A stretch of 56,883 nucleotides of DNA from Proteromonas lacertae (GCA_002245135.1 NGBS01000040.1:1-56883); one strand, 5' to 3'. Shown: positions 1 to 14,859, numbered from the stretch's first letter. The notes: generated by a model from the letters alone, not told the origin. Numbers and translations: made by a program.

Positions 1-263
1 AAATCAAACAAATTTAAGAATCCACCTCACTCATTGTTTATTTTACCACCATCTAATGAAGAGTTAGAAAGAAGATTGAGAGGCAGAGGAACAGAAAATG
101 AAGAAACAATATCAAGAAGATTAAAAAATGCATTTGGTGAGATAGAGTATGCTAAACAGCCTGGTAGTTATGAATATGTGTTAGTAATAACAATTTAGAT
201 GAAGCTTATAGTGAATTGATGAGTGTGTTAAGAAACTGGTATGACTTTTTACCTAAACATTAA
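1..263 (+). CDS. Guanylate kinase, 3' part (5' end outside window); apparent 1-nt frameshift near 185
   Basis: Frame 1 reads LFILPPSNEELERRLRGRGTENEETISRRLKNAFGEI, a typical guanylate kinase C-terminal motif. It continues in a shifted frame as NNNLDEAYSELMSVL...KH to TAA at 261-263. Confidence 0.85.
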
Positions 264-784
264 CTTCTTTTGTATTATGTTATTTCTATATATTTTATTT
301 TATTATGTAATGTGTATAGAATAAAACTCATATAAAATAAAGTCAGTTCATTTTCACAAAAATAATATACCTCACGAATTAAAAAAGTAGATATTAATAT
401 ATAAATGAAGAACATGGATGGAAAGTTGATAATTACTAATCGTACTCTCCTTTAACATGTGACTTTCATCTAGATTCTGTATATGACTCTAAAAAAAATT
501 CATGTAATACATGATAAGCTAAATAACACTGACTATAGTAAAAAAATTAGATACAAAGTCACATTTGAGTATATCTACTTATATACAACTACAAGAATGT
601 GACAGAAGTGTTTTGTTTAATGACTGTTTGTCATATTTATCATATATTCAACCTAATGTAATGGCAGATGTGAGTTTATTAGATTATAAAAAATTTAGAA
701 AACCCACACCCGATCTTTGATATGATTGGTTAAAATCCAAAAATCAGCCAATCATCTCGTAGATCTTAGATCTTAAAAATCAAG

Positions 785-3700
785 ATGAAATACATCTTTA
801 TTATTGCTATTTGGCTTAGTGGTATATATATTTATAATAAATCATCTAATTTTTAATATAGTCGCAAGTGCACTACAATGTCAAAGTGTTCGTGAAGAAT
901 CAATCTCTAATTTGAGAAATCCTGTTTATATTACCATCGTAATTCCATGTAGTGGTTCACCAGTGCAAAGAGTGCCACATTTTCACCAATGTTACCAAGT
1001 TGGGCAAGTTATACAGTTGGATTAACTGGTGTTCAAATTGCTGGTATTCCACGTACTTATTTAGAAAGAACCACTTACACTGTAACAATTGTTGATGGTG
1101 GTAATCAACAGCATGTGGTTACTTTCAAAATGAGAGTAGATGATGTGATAAAGAGCTGTAAGTATGAAATAGATGGAATAGATGGTCCAGCTATAAATGT
1201 TCCATACAACGAGTTTGTGATCTTACCCAAACCAGAATGTAGAGCAGCTGCTTACAATTTCACTATTGCATATCCTCCAGATGCAAAATATATGATATTA
1301 AATAACGGTCAATTAGAAATCTATGTAGATCAACAACAACAACAACAAATAGCTGATCGAGTAGTGTTAAATTGTGCAAATACAATTAGTGCAGTCCAAA
1401 TTACAATCTCATTAACACTTATAACAGATACTGAAACAGCTAGAGGTGTTAGTTCATTATATAGTCCCAATAATTACATCACTTCTTCACCAGATGATAT
1501 TACTCCCTATTTCGATTCTTTTATTGATGGATCATTGAATGATGGTGTTACAATTGTTCCAAAGTTTTGGTCTAATAAAGCCGATGAATATTTAGCACAG
1601 TATGGATTTCATAATCTATATTATCTTGAAATGAAAAGAGCTTATGTTACTGTTCCTTCATCTGAAAGTTATGTGTTTAGATACAAAGGAGATGATAATT
1701 TATGGTTTTATTTTGGTGAAAATTACAGATTCATTGATAAAACTGCCAACTATGCTGAGATAAAGACATTTCTTCTTCGTTTAGAAGCTGGTAGGAACTT
1801 ATTAACCTTTATTCATTATGGTGGAGGTGGCGCTAATGATATGTATGTAGAATATCGTAGAGATACTGAAACTAATTTTGTTGAAATACCAACTGAGGCT
1901 TTAACACCCTATTATTCAGTTGTTACTTCATTCAAATATGCCACTACTGATTTACGTATTAGTCCAACATCAAGTGGCCATATTATGCCAACAGTTCAAG
2001 GTTTCCCAACTAGTTTTTCCATAACACCAACACCACCAGCTGGTGTTACTTTCTCTGAAAGAAGTGGTGCTATTGAATATAATAGTGTACAAGAAATGCC
2101 AAGAACAGAATATCAAGTCAAAGCTTGTAGTATATTCAACTGCATTACAAAGAAAGTCTATATTACTGTAGTTGGTTCAAGTTCAAGTACATTCCAAAAT
2201 GGTTTAGAAGCTTCTTATTATTCAGCCGATGAACCATTAACATTAAAATCAATTCCAAAAGTTCCAGGTCCTGGTTTTAGTGAAGTATACAGACGTATTG
2301 ATAGTAATATCAATCAATTATCATTTGATAAGTTTTCATCAAAGATGAGTCAAAACTTTATCATTGTTTGGGAAGGTTTCCTTACTGTTCCAAGCAGTGG
2401 ATTTTGGGAATTTACAATGGAATGTAATGATTTATGTAGAATGGAATTAACCTTACCAGCAGGTGGTAGTTTCACTATGGAAGCCATTAATACTAAATCT
2501 CAAGTTACAAAGAAAACTGAAAAAGAATTATCTGTTGATCCAATGAAGGTTAAGATAATTTTTGGTAGAGGTGTAACAAGCAGTGGTTTTACTTCAAATG
2601 ATTTCCAACTCAAATTTGCTAGTACAAATTATCCCATTCAACCAATTCCAGCTAATAATTTGAGATATTCGCTCAGTCAATCATTTTCTTACACTTATCA
2701 AGTAGCTACTTATTTATCAACTAAATCTGCTCCAGAAAATACTCCAATCTTTGCTAATGGTATAATGGCAATGTCAAACTTTGTTATTGATCCTGAATTA
2801 CCATTAGGAATGACTATTAATCCAACAACTGGTGTAATAGCTGGAATTCCAGATACATCATCAGCATATTACGATTATGTTATTACAGCTGATAGTGGAG
2901 GTGTTTCATATTCAACAACAATTATAATTGGTATTGAAGCAGTTATTCAACCAACTGATTTCTCTTATCCAAGTGTAATTGGTCAAATTCCAAATCCAAT
3001 AACTCCAGTCACACCTACTATCAACAATGCCTTAAATCCTCGTTTCTATGCTGATGAATTACCTTATGGTTTAAATGTTGATCCTATTAATGGAACAATC
3101 TATGGTATTGCAAAAGAATCTGCTGGTAAACAATATACAATTAAATGTGTAACAAATGCTGATACAATAACAACAACTGTTCAAATTAATATTAGTCCTT
3201 GTAGTGGAAATAATGTATTGATTCATGGACATTATTCAGTTCAAGATGGTGATGTTACAGCAACAGTTACTGATGCAAATGGTATTACACATTTTGCTGG
3301 AAGAGATCATAAACAAGATACAATTTACAGTTATCAAGTCTGTGTTCCACAAAATGCAAATATTACTTTTGCTTTTACATCCAACTGTCAGAAAGGAGGA
3401 TGGTTTACAATCAACTTTGAAGGAAAGAATAAGATTCACTATGAAGAATATCCTGGAATTAGAGCTGGTGTAAGAATCAACTTCATTGCTGCTCAAAAAT
3501 CTCCAGTTATTATATATCCAAAGAATCCAATTCCAATTAGAGTAGGTGAATCAATGTTTACATCTCCAACATTAGAAGGTGGTGCTTATGAGTTTACAAT
3601 TAGTCCAAGCCAATTACCAGAAGGATTATTCTTTAATACAAGTAATGGTGCTATATCAGGTATTTTAAAGGAAGCTCCATCTTCACTTCAAACTTATACT

Positions 3701-6568
3701 ATTACTGGTACTGGTTCAATGGGACCTGGTACAGTTTCAATATCATTTGATGTGACTGAATGTAATGATATTCCATTAATATTAGAAACTTATTTCTCCA
3801 CTGATTCAAATATTATTTCATGGCAATTCTTAGATGGATCTGGTAATATATTGATTAATAGAACAGTAGAAATGAGTGGTATTGTCCAACAATATGGTTA
3901 TTGTTTACCATCAGGTGATTATAAAATAAAAGTAGGTTCAATTACTGGTGTTACATGGCTTTCTACTTCATATATAAAAGCAATTGTTCCACCAATCACA
4001 TTATTAACAGCAAATATGAATCTTCCTAATCAAGTAATGACAATGACAGTTTCATTAAATTATTTGATTCATCGAAAAGCAACATGGAGTTATACTGATA
4101 ATAAACAAACCTCCACTTCATGGACTAATTCTAAATCATTATCTGGATGGTCAACAATGGTTTCTGGTAAAGGAGCTGATAGACCAGCAACAACAAGATA
4201 TTATAGAACAACAATGGAGATTACTAGAAGTATTGGAACATTATCTGGTGTTGAATTACAAATAATATTTGATGCTGGTATGGTTTTATATTTGAATGGT
4301 AAGAAGATATTCCAAAAGAATTTACCTGAAGATGAAATAACAGCTGATACTATGGCTACTAAAGTTTATGATTTAACAACAACACCAAGTTATGCCATAG
4401 TTATTCCATCTGCCTATTTAGTAAATGGTATAAATTATGTTGGTATTGAATTTCATAAACATCAATCATCCTTATCTGCAGATCCATTTACAGCTGAAGC
4501 ATCTTATCTTGAAAGTGCTGATAAATGTTCAAAGAGAACAGTATCATCAATGAAAGCTTACACTAATGGTGTTATATTTGAACCATTAGAAAATACTATC
4601 AGTGATGCACCATCAACTACAGGTAATAAATTTGCAATTAAATATCAATCCGATCCAGCAACAAACTATTATGCTTGGAATCATAGATCTGAGTTTATTA
4701 ACAAAGCTATATTCACAACTAATGCTTTTAGTAATGATAGAGATCCAACAGCATGGAGTTTATATGGAGGAAAAGGTGAATATGTAAATGATCAATCATT
4801 TGAAACCTCATTCAAATGGACTAAAACATTTGATATTCCAGTCTTCCCCAGTATTGGTGCAAATGCACAATATGAAGCAGAATTCTTAAATGGAACAAGT
4901 GATATTTATGATGCTTATAAAATAGTATATTCAGGATTGAGAAATCCTGGTGAAGGTTTGATATCATTCAATAGACTTTTCACTTACAGTTGTAGAATTG
5001 CTACATGTCCACAAGAAGGAGATTGGCCTGAGACAAGTGCTGGTCAAGATTTAGATATTGAATGTTTAGCTGGTTATTCTGGAAATATGCAAAGATCATG
5101 TTTGACAAGTGGTATTTGGGGAACACCCAATATATCTCAATGTGTAGCCTTAAGTTTACCATCTAGTTTGAATTATGGTAATGATAATATATTATCATTC
5201 TACAGAAGTATAAAGAAGACAATTACTCCAACAATTCCATCAAGTCAAGGAGCTGCTGGTTATTATTCTAGTCCATCATTACCAGCAGGTTTATCATTTG
5301 TTAATAAAACTGGTGCAATAACAGGAACTCCTACAGTAACAAGAAAATTAATGACTTATACAATAACTGGTATAGCTGCAAGAGATCAAACAACAAAGAC
5401 ATATACAATCCAATTGGAAGTAATTGCATCAACATGTAGTGCAGAAAATGGTTATCCAGCAACAAATGTAGGTGAAAGAGGTCAAAAAGCTTGTAGTGAA
5501 GGTTATATGGGTTATTCCTATAGAACATGTACAGTATCAGATTCTAAACCAGTTTGGGGAGAAGAAGATTTATCTGGTTGTAGACCATCACCTCCAATAA
5601 TTACTTATCCAGCTAAAAAGAATACTTTATATATTGATAGAACATTTGATTTAACACCTAACATTAAATATAATGTATTAGAATGGATTTTACCAGACTA
5701 TCCTGCTTTACCAGCTGGTATAACATTCAGTGAAGGTAAATTCAGTGGAAGACCATCTGAATTAATGAAAGAAACATTATATGTAGTTGGTGCAAGAAAT
5801 CTTAATGGAATTTATTATACAAATGTTTATCTTCAAGTAATATCCAATACATGTCCAGCTAATGGTGAATGGCCAGCAACTTCTTATTCAATGACTGCTT
5901 ATATATTATGTAAAGATGGAAAGACAGGTGTTCTTCAAAGACAATGTAGAGGTGATAATTACTTAAATCCACAATGGCAAGCTGTAGATGATACAGATTG
6001 TAGAGAATATGTAGAAGATCCTCCATTAGTAAGTGGAAGAATAATTGCCAAGATAGAAATCGATTATACAACTGGTGTATCTGGTCAAGCAGTAAATCCT
6101 CAAGCATTTGTGATAATTAGAAATCTATTAATAACTCATTTAAGAAGTGCAGTTTCATTTGATGTTGATAGAACGAATGTGAGATTAGATTGGGATACAA
6201 GTAATATGGATATGACATCAAATTTAGTAAGAACAGTTGCATTTATTACAGCTCCAAAGAATTATCGAAATACAATAATCTCAATTACATCGAATATCTT
6301 AAAATCTGATGCTTTTGAAAATGATTTACATTCTTCTTCACCTGATATGGCTTATTCCTCTGTTATTGTCAGACAAACTGATATTTATGAAGAACCACAA
6401 ACTAGATCAGCTGCTAGTAAGACTGGAGAAGCAATTGGTATTTCATTTGGTGTAGTTATTGGTACTTTGATTATAATTGGTTTAGTTGGTTATGCAATAA
6501 TTAACAGAAGAGAACTTGTTTCAAAGACATCTCACCAAGAAAGATCTTCATTAAAAGCAACTGATTAA
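785..6568 (+). CDS. Large type I membrane surface protein: signal peptide, several Ig-like (He_PIG-type) repeats, two PA14-like domains, three Cys-rich CPxxGxWPxT repeats, C-terminal TM
   Basis: ATG 785 (MKYIFIIAIWLS), 40-nt GT-AG intron 822-861, apparent small frameshift near 968 joining the 1859-aa ORF. It contains LPxGLx(I/F)xxxxGxIxG repeats, the PA14-like motifs YVFRYKGDD and WEGFLTVPSSGFWEF, the repeats CPQEGDWPET / CSAENGYPAT / CPANGEWPAT, and hydrophobic IGISFGVVIGTLIIIGLVGYAII followed by NRR. Confidence 0.8.
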
Positions 6569-6709
6569 ATGAAAACTTCTTTCATTATTATACTCTGGCT
6601 ATAAATTTGCCATTGAGAGAAATTATGTGTGTTGAATTGGGGTTTGAACAAATAAATCATAAGAGCAAAGTATTATAACCTTCTCTTTAAATCTATACAA
6701 ATCTATTAT

Positions 6710-7135
6710 CGATTGAGTTTAATTTTTATTTGTTTCTCTTATTTTATTGTTTTTATACACCATAATAAAGAAAGGGCAAAATATTTATAAATATAAAAAA
6801 GTTTATGTGAAATTGATGTGTATATAATATATTGTGGTGAATTTAAAGAAATAAAGATGTGATATTTGTATAAGAAAGATATTAAGAAATGATCGTGATT
6901 TGAAAGTTTCAAATGTACTTATCTATAAGAAGATGTAATAACTTTGTATGTATTGCAAAATAATAATTATTATAGCTTAAAGATTAAAAAAAAGTGATTA
7001 ATATACATTAAAAATAAAATACTGAGTTGAAAAATTAATAGAAATAGTTACAGTTAGTTAATATTATAATATGGTATTACATTGTATGTTGATGAATAGA
7101 TAGGATAAAGAAGAATAAAAGTTAGAAGATAGAAT
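6710..7135 (+). repeat. Degenerate, internally deleted copy of the intergenic block at ~21257-22270
   Basis: Shared colinear words, e.g. TATACACCAT, AAATATTTATAAATA, TGTGAAATTGATGTGTA, TTTAAAGAAATAAAGATGTGA, TTTGAAAGTTTCAAAT, TACTGAGTTGAA. Confidence 0.75.
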
Positions 7136-7771
7136 ATACAGAACTTTATTAAACCTTTATTAAATAGTTAATTAATATCAGATGTAGAAGGTAATTTATA
7201 TTCATTAGTGAAGAAAGTGGATGATTAAACTGAAGAAGGAAGACTAACATTAGATATAAGTTAACATCAACACTTGTAAATACGCAATTATATGCTTAAA
7301 ATACCTATCTTCCCACTCCAAAATATGTATTATCAACAATGGTTAAATTGATCACAATAACTATTTCATTTACCTACATAACTCATTGAATTAAGCGATA
7401 AAAGGAATAGGAGGTTAAGATTATAATTATTGGAGAAAATTCATATATCATAAGACAAGTTGTGAAAGTAGTGGTTTTATAAATTGTAATTTGATTTGTA
7501 AATATAATGAGATTGATGAAGAAAGTAAATTGAAAGTATTAGAGTTGAACAAATTATTATTTATTCAATAAATACTACAACGAATAACAAAATGTAAATC
7601 AAAATAAAAACTAATACATATTTCTTTTATCTTAGCTATTCATCCCTTTTAATCCATTTTTTTATATTATTTGAAGTTTGGAAGTATATATATATATATA
7701 TATATGCATTACATAATAGAAGTATAGGTTTAATACAAGTAGTTCCACAAAAGAGAAAATTAAAAACGGTT

Positions 7772-10600
7772 ATGAATGAAGTTAAAGTGAGACATATTGA
7801 ATCAAATGATAAGGAAGGAAAAGAAACATTTATTGAAAATATAATATGGCAAGAGTTGGTAAGTGGAGTTTATCATTACAAATTCCATACCAAGAAGTTT
7901 AATTACTGTATTTGTTTTGGTTATTACGATGTTAATACAAAAGAAACAGGTTATATCAAGTTATCGAGCGATTTAAAATGCCAGACAATACATCAATTCA
8001 TATTCCAGGTATGTCTGGAAAAGAAAATGAAATTGTCAATCAAACAAGGAAATGGAAAATTTATGGTTTTGTTAAATAAATTGCAGGAATCGGTTTATCT
8101 TTATACTATAAAATATAATGATAGTGAATTCAAAATAACTAAAAGTTGGGAGGATGAAAAAATAATCATAAAAAGGTATAGCTTTGATGTTACAGATATT
8201 GATGATAGAAATATTGTTTATTTTACAAAAACTGAAAATAATTTATATAGAACAGAAAATAGATATACTGATTATATAATTCAGTATGTTGTTTGTAAAA
8301 AAATATTTAAACATCAATATAATGTAATAAATAAAAAATGGAACAAGGAGTTTTTTATTTTTATTATGAAATAATAAATGTTGGTGATGAAGGAATTATT
8401 TTTGGTTATGAAAACACTCCAATCATTAAAATATGTAATTCACCATTATTACTTGATAATATTTAAACAACAGATGGAATATTGAATATTTATTGTAAAG
8501 AAGGAGAAATATATAAAATAATATATGATATGTATGAAAAGAAGATGTTTTTTAGAAAAGGAAATGGTAAAGAAACCCAGATAGCAACAGATTTAAATAC
8601 TCCAATTCGCTCATATATTACAACAACAGTTCAGTAAAATTAATAGAGTACTATATTGAAAGAGATAGAGATCAATTATATTTTATTACTGATTTCTGTT
8701 ATTATGATATTCAGTTTAATGATGATATAATATATTTGGCATTTACAATTACAGAAAATATTGTGTGATGGAAATGTTATCACTTATATATAGTATTGCA
8801 GTAACTGATGTTGATAGATCTGCAGTTGTCGAAAGAATAAAAGATGATATGGAAAATTCATTCTTGTTAAATGAAAAGCAATATCATTATTTACTTTATA
8901 ATAATGACATGATGGATTTGAAAATATTCTTAAACAGTTATGGTGATGAGAATATAATTCTAGATTTTCCAAATAGTTTTGTGAATGCAGTGAATAATTT
9001 ATATACTAATGAGATTAATAGATTGAATGAAAAAGGAGAAATTATTAAACAAAAGATTCGGTTGATATTAATGAAAATGATATTAATAATTCGATAATAA
9101 TAGTTGATTTAAAACCAGAATGAGATAATTATTTCAGAAGAAGTATAAAAATATATCATTTATAAATTCAATCCATCTGAAAATGATGATGATTATGGTA
9201 AAGTTATAAGTTAATGGGTGATAATGATAATAATATGAAGAGAATGGCATTAAAACAAGTTATTGCATATGAATTAAGTACTTGTAAAATTCAGGTGAAT
9301 AATATAATTAAAGATGATAATTTCGATTTAGATCCAGAAAAACAAGTGTATTTTCATTATCCTCCAAATGCATAGAATTTTGTTTATTATATATTGGATG
9401 AAAATAACTACTTTGATTTGATAATGAATGGAGTTTTTATAAAAACGTTATTAGATGATAATAAATTTGATAAGAAAAAAATAACAGATAATAATAGAAT
9501 AAAAATGGAAGAATCAATAAGAGTATAAATATATATATTTCATGTATTTTAATCATATTGGAATATAGTGTTAAGAAAGAAGGTGATTTTATGTATTGTG
9601 TAATACAAAACAGAGTAGCAGATGTTTATGAAGAAGATTCTATGTACCAGCTTTATTAATTCAGCATCAACAACCAGCAAAAGCAGAATTTCCACCAATA
9701 GAAGAAAAATTTGAAGTATATAATGATGGTAAACAACTGCTATTAATATGAAAATGTTTCAATCAAATGTGGGATATTATAAGAAAAGATAATTTTGATT
9801 TTACACACCAAAGAAATTATTTAATATTTGGTCATTCTAAAATTGGTAAAACTGTATTAGCCAAAATAATAAGAGATAAAATTCATAAAGAAAAACCAGG
9901 AATTCGTATATATTTTAGACACAAAGATGGTCAATTTATTGATTATAAAGATGACTATTTTGGTTATGGTAAAGCTAATTGATATATTGTTATTGTTGAT
10001 GGATATGTTGTTGGTGAAGATGATTATTCTGATGCTGAAATGATTATTGTGTTAGCTAATGCATATGATAATGAGTATAAAACATTTCAAAGTAAAAGAT
10101 GTCCTTTGATAATGTATATACCTCCATTTTTACTAGCAGAAGTTAATATAGTAGTATTATTGAAAAATCCAGAACTTAGAAAAGATAATGAGGGATTTAT
10201 AGAATATGGTGAAATAAAAACGAAAATACCTTCTGAAAAAGAAGAAGAAACATATAAAAAGAACAGGGTTTATATCTCAACAACTATAAATATTATGGAG
10301 GTATAATAGGAAATCATAGATCATCTTATGTGATAAATATGAAAAGAATAATATCACCTACATGTGATAAACTGAAGTGGGAAATTACTAAAGAAATAAG
10401 TAAATATTCCTTATTAAAGAGAGATAATGAAAGAATAATTATATATGATACAGATGAAAATGATGTTACTAAATCTAATAAACTTAGTTTTATATCTGAG
10501 ACAATAGGAGAAATGGTGTATAAAGAACTAACTTAACATGCATATAACAGTGAAGAAATATTTAAAGCGTTGGATGAAAATCTAGTTAAAAGTATATAGT
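7772..10600 (+). pseudogene. Crinkler/RHS-like family copy 1, heavily degraded; first NTPase deleted
   Basis: Fragments match the 25622 ORF: QYVVCKKIFK, LDFPNSFVNAVNNL, YILDENNYFDLIMNGVFIK, RNYLIFGHSKIGKT, KTFQSKRCPLIMYIPPF, YDTDENDVTKS. There are many stops and frameshifts, and the intron at 9523-9560 ends in TG instead of AG. Confidence 0.85.
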
Positions 10601-11491
10601 ATAAAATCTATGAAGAATCAGATAATTTAGGTATATATTTTTTCTTTAATATGGATAAAAGTTGTTCTTTCAAGAGAAAAAACAAAGAAAAAATCAATTT
10701 CAATTTTATAGATGAGATATTTTTATTATCTATATTTTATAATTATAAGCTGTAATTATTCTCTTATCTCTTCGATTTGTGTTTGCTGTGTGTAGATGGT
10801 TGTTTGTAAGTTCATAAAGGTGAATATATATATGATATATAATAGATAATAAAACATATAAAATTAGTGATATAGTAATGTAATACTTTTATGATAAAAA
10901 TGATAATAATTAGACAAAATTAAGTTATAATTAAACTGTTAATATAAAATATTATCAATTTATCCTGAAATAACATTGACAATGATAAATATTGTTAATT
11001 AAAAAACAAATAGATGTAAAAAAGCATATTATTATTCAACTAATAGTAATACTTTCAATACTAGTTTATTGTGTAGGAATGACTCTTATTGCGATGTATT
11101 TAGTTTAAAACCAAATGATTGTAAAGATGGTTATTATATGGATGATGAAGTTTCATGCAAATGTAAAGAATGTTATTCCGTTATTACTATGCAATTCAAA
11201 GGAAATCGACGATTTGTTAGAGAGTTTACAGGGGATCTTCTTCACAATAATGATCTGTAGGACAATAATCATAACCTTTTATTTATGATCTAAAAACAGC
11301 AGTATCAATATTTTTATAATCTTTTGGATTATTAGCTTCAACTACCACAATAATAACCTATTAAACCAATTTCATTACAATAATAACATTAAGACAATTA
11401 TTATTAAAAATACCATATTTTTGTAATTTACACGTCACTTTAATCAATTTTTTTTTTCGTTTTTTGTTTTTACATTTGTATTCCTGGAGCG

Positions 11492-13249
11492 ATGAATATT
11501 GTAAATGAATCGAGCAATGTTAGTATAGGAGATGATGACAGAGTGAATAGAAGTGAATCTGAGAGTGATGATAACTGTACTAGTATATTTATTAATGAAA
11601 TAGATATGGAAAGTTCCGATGAAGGTGAATGCGCAAGCTTTAAAAGGAATTGCAAAATAAAAATAAGTATAAAATTAAAAGTATACTTTGAGTAGACTGC
11701 TGTGAAAATGTATTGGAAAGTGATAATATGTTCAAATATCCCGTGAATGGAAGTGATACGAGTGAAGTTAGTTTAAAGTGTGTGTTAAAATCAGCTAAAG
11801 AAGCTGGTAGTGCTGAGTGTGAGTGTTTTAAAGATATTGAAGAGAAAAGTTATGAAAATGTGAAAAAGATAACAATAGAATGTATAAATATATATTATTT
11901 AATAATAACTAAATAGTCACAAATCGATGTGATAAATGCATAGAATGTTTAAATGGTGTATTGAAGAAGTGTAAAAAAGTAGAACATATATCGTTACATC
12001 ATTTTTACTATAAGAATGGTTATATTAAATCTTTATTTGAAGATGTAGATTTCTCCAATATAAAAACGCTTGAATTATATAATGTTGTAACATTAGATGA
12101 AAGTGCCAATATTGGTGATGAATTGAAAGATAAAATGAATGAGTTAAAGAATATAAAGAATATTCGTTTTGATGCAATATCGTATAGAAGTGTAGAAAAT
12201 ATCTTCAGTTTATTATCAAATAAAGATAATGTAGAAAGTATTGAATTGGCTAATATTGGAATAAAAAATGATAAATTATGTGATGAGATTAACAAATTCC
12301 AAAATCTAAAGAGATTTAATTTCAGTGATAATCCTATAAAGAGAAGTATAATGGTTGATTTAATAAGAAAACTTCCAAGTGGAATTGAAACAATAAATTT
12401 TGATGAATTATATAATTTATGTGATGTAGATGATGAAAATGAGATAGTGAGTAATGGAACCGAAGCATTAATAAAAAGAGATAACCAAAATTTAAAAAGA
12501 CTTAGTTTGAGAAACAGCAATGGATATATAAAAAGTGTTCATATAATAATTGATAATTTAGACAAGTTTAGTGAATTGATCGAATTTCGATTCGATTATA
12601 ATCGAGTTAGTGGATTAGATATAAATAAATTATGTATAAATCTAAAGAAACTAAAAAATTTAGAAGTTGTTAGTTTAATGAAATGTAATATGTGTGATAA
12701 GCCATTTGGAGAGTTATGTAAGAGTTTATGTGAAGTTGCAAAGTTAAAAGAATTATATATAAGTGGTAATACGATAAGTGATATAAATCCATTAATTGAA
12801 AGTATAAACAGATATAAATGTTTAGAATACTTATGTATGTGTGGAGAAGATATAAAATATGAAGATATAACTAAGTTGCTAAATAATATATCGAAGTTAG
12901 ATAAGTTTAAAAGAATGAAATTTGATAGTATATATATAATTTATAATTATTATATGTAGAAATAAAATTAAGTAAATGTGAACTTATTGACTTAGAAAAG
13001 AAAGTAGAAGAATTGAAGAAAGATGAAAAAGAGATTATAATAGGAGAAGTAATAGATAATATAGAAGATGAAGATAAATTAAAATATAATATAGAATATA
13101 TACAATCATATCGAAGTGGATTTATGGATGGATTTTGTGGTTTAAGTTATGAAGATAACTACTATAAGTATGGTACTAAAGAAAGTATAAATGGATTTAA
13201 TGATGGTTATAATGATGGTCAAGAATATAAAGAAGAAAGTTTAAACTAA
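11492..13249 (+). CDS. Leucine-rich repeat (RNI-like) protein, 4 exons, ~553 aa
   Basis: Introns 11667-11695, 11882-11916 and 12928-12959 (GT-AG, 29/35/32 nt) join the four track ORFs in frame. Repeated LxxLxLxxN motifs (NLKRFNFSDN, NLKRLSLRNS, KLKELYISGN). C-terminal GFMDGF...GFNDGYNDG motif. Confidence 0.85.
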
Positions 13250-13276
13250 TTATTATTATTATCTTAATGTCTACAT

Positions 13277-14267
13277 CAGGGTTGTATAAATCGGTCATGA
13301 CCGACGGAGAAAACCGATCGGTCGTAGGTCAATAAATAAATGTTGACCGACACCAGGTTGTAGTAACTATTAGCTGACCTCCTCCTAAACATGTGATATT
13401 AATAATATTATCTAACTGTACATATTGAATTCAAGCTCTATATATCATTCTATAAAATACCGAATTAACCGTCGGTCGATGCGCTTTTTTCTTTCTTCAT
13501 AATTGAATCTAACCTTACCAATGAGTTATTTTATTGTGTTATATATGTAATATAAAGTATAGAATGATTATAAAAATTTGAAAGAAAAAATGGCAAACTT
13601 TTAGCTTGACATTAATCATTTCTTAAAATTATCATAAATGTATCTAATATAATCTATCATTATATATTCTAGGAGTATAGTTTTACCAATTGGAGCGGTT
13701 TGTGAAGCTATTGCCTTAAAAGAGGCAAATATGCTTAAACATCTTAATTTTAACTTTTACAAAACCTTTTGGTATAATATGTTAAAGATAAAAAGCCTTG
13801 ATAAATGCATTTGCAGTAAAAAGAAAGAGATTAATTATACCAAATGAAGTACAAGAATATTTGCATTATGATATTCATTACAACATCTTCAGAGCCAGAA
13901 AGAATATTTTTAGAGGTTGGACAAATAAGTAACTTATCCAAATCAAATTTATCATGTGATAGATTACAAATGAAACTAATGATTAGTAGAAATAAATTAG
14001 AACATAATTATATAAAATACCTAATTATTGTTGAGTATTAAATTGTAATTCTTTATAAAAAGTTAAAAATTATTTAATTGAATTGAAAATATATGAATCA
14101 AGTATTAAAATATATTATAAGATAGTTTTTATGAAGGGAAAATTAGTATATAATGAATTAAAATAGATTTTATAATATACAGCTTGTAAGGCTTGACCGA
14201 CCGACAGTCAAGGCAAAACCTATAGGTTTTGACCTATCTCCGTCGGTAACCGATAAATACAACCCTG
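13277..14267 (+). mobile_element. Non-autonomous hAT transposon (internal deletion derivative), 991 bp
   Basis: TIRs CAGGGTTGTAT...ATACAACCCTG with further ACCGACGGAGA similarity. 8-bp TSD GTCTACAT at 13269-13276 and 14268-14275. Remnant hAT dimerisation motif TTSSEPERIF...SKSNLS at 13844-14041. Confidence 0.92.
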
Positions 14268-14309
14268 GTCTACATATGTTTTTTTGTTTTATTAATTATT
14301 TTAAAGTTG

Positions 14310-14600
14310 AGCTAGGCAAAGGACTTCCTTTTATGTTTTGTCACAAAGTACCTAATGCACAATAATCACCTTCTGGACATAATAAACTTTCTTTCTTCTA
14401 CAATTATTAATCCATTCTTACATAAGGTGAAGATCAACCATGATATGGACATATCTTACAAAAGTTACATTCTGCACAAAATCTATTAGAAATACCATGA
14501 GTATCAAGTCGAAAAGTACTAGTGGATATGCAGTTGGTAATACTGAACCGCTTGGACAATAATAACCTGAACTACATTCACCTGATGGTTGACCTGCAGT
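14310..14600 (-). pseudogene. GCC2/GCC3-type cysteine-rich repeat protein fragment
   Basis: Minus-strand translations GECSSGYYCPSGS and LCPEGDYCALGT, with intervening stops. Confidence 0.7.
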
Positions 14601-14859
14601 AACTATTAGCTAATATAACGAATAATCATCTAGCTTTACTATTAAATTTTAGAGGAGTTAGAAGAATATAGCTCATAAAAAGATGTTTAAGGTCGAAGTA
14701 GTATCCTATATTTTATAGTAATTTATATGCTACAAATAGCAACAAGGAATAAAGTAGATTTTAATACATTTAGCTTGATATGTTTGACCAACAGAAGGTC
14801 AAGACCAAACCGATAGTTTCAACCACATATCCATATGCAGACCGACTTATACAACCCTG
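14597..14859 (+). mobile_element. hAT remnant with right terminus only
   Basis: Ends in ATACAACCCTG (14849-14859). The subterminal region resembles 14150-14267, and GTAACTATTAGC is shared with the 13277 element. Confidence 0.7.

Noticed and set aside
3225..6107. Small overlapping or antisense ORFs inside long CDSs (also 12020-12520, 16903-18348, 44387-44647, 53236-56170 minus)
   Set aside because: Shadow ORFs expected from the codon bias of the real genes; they show no motifs.
11069..11260. Short Cys-rich ORF (CKDGYYMD..CKCKEC)
   Set aside because: It has a non-ATG start and no clear gene structure. It may be another relic but cannot be assigned.
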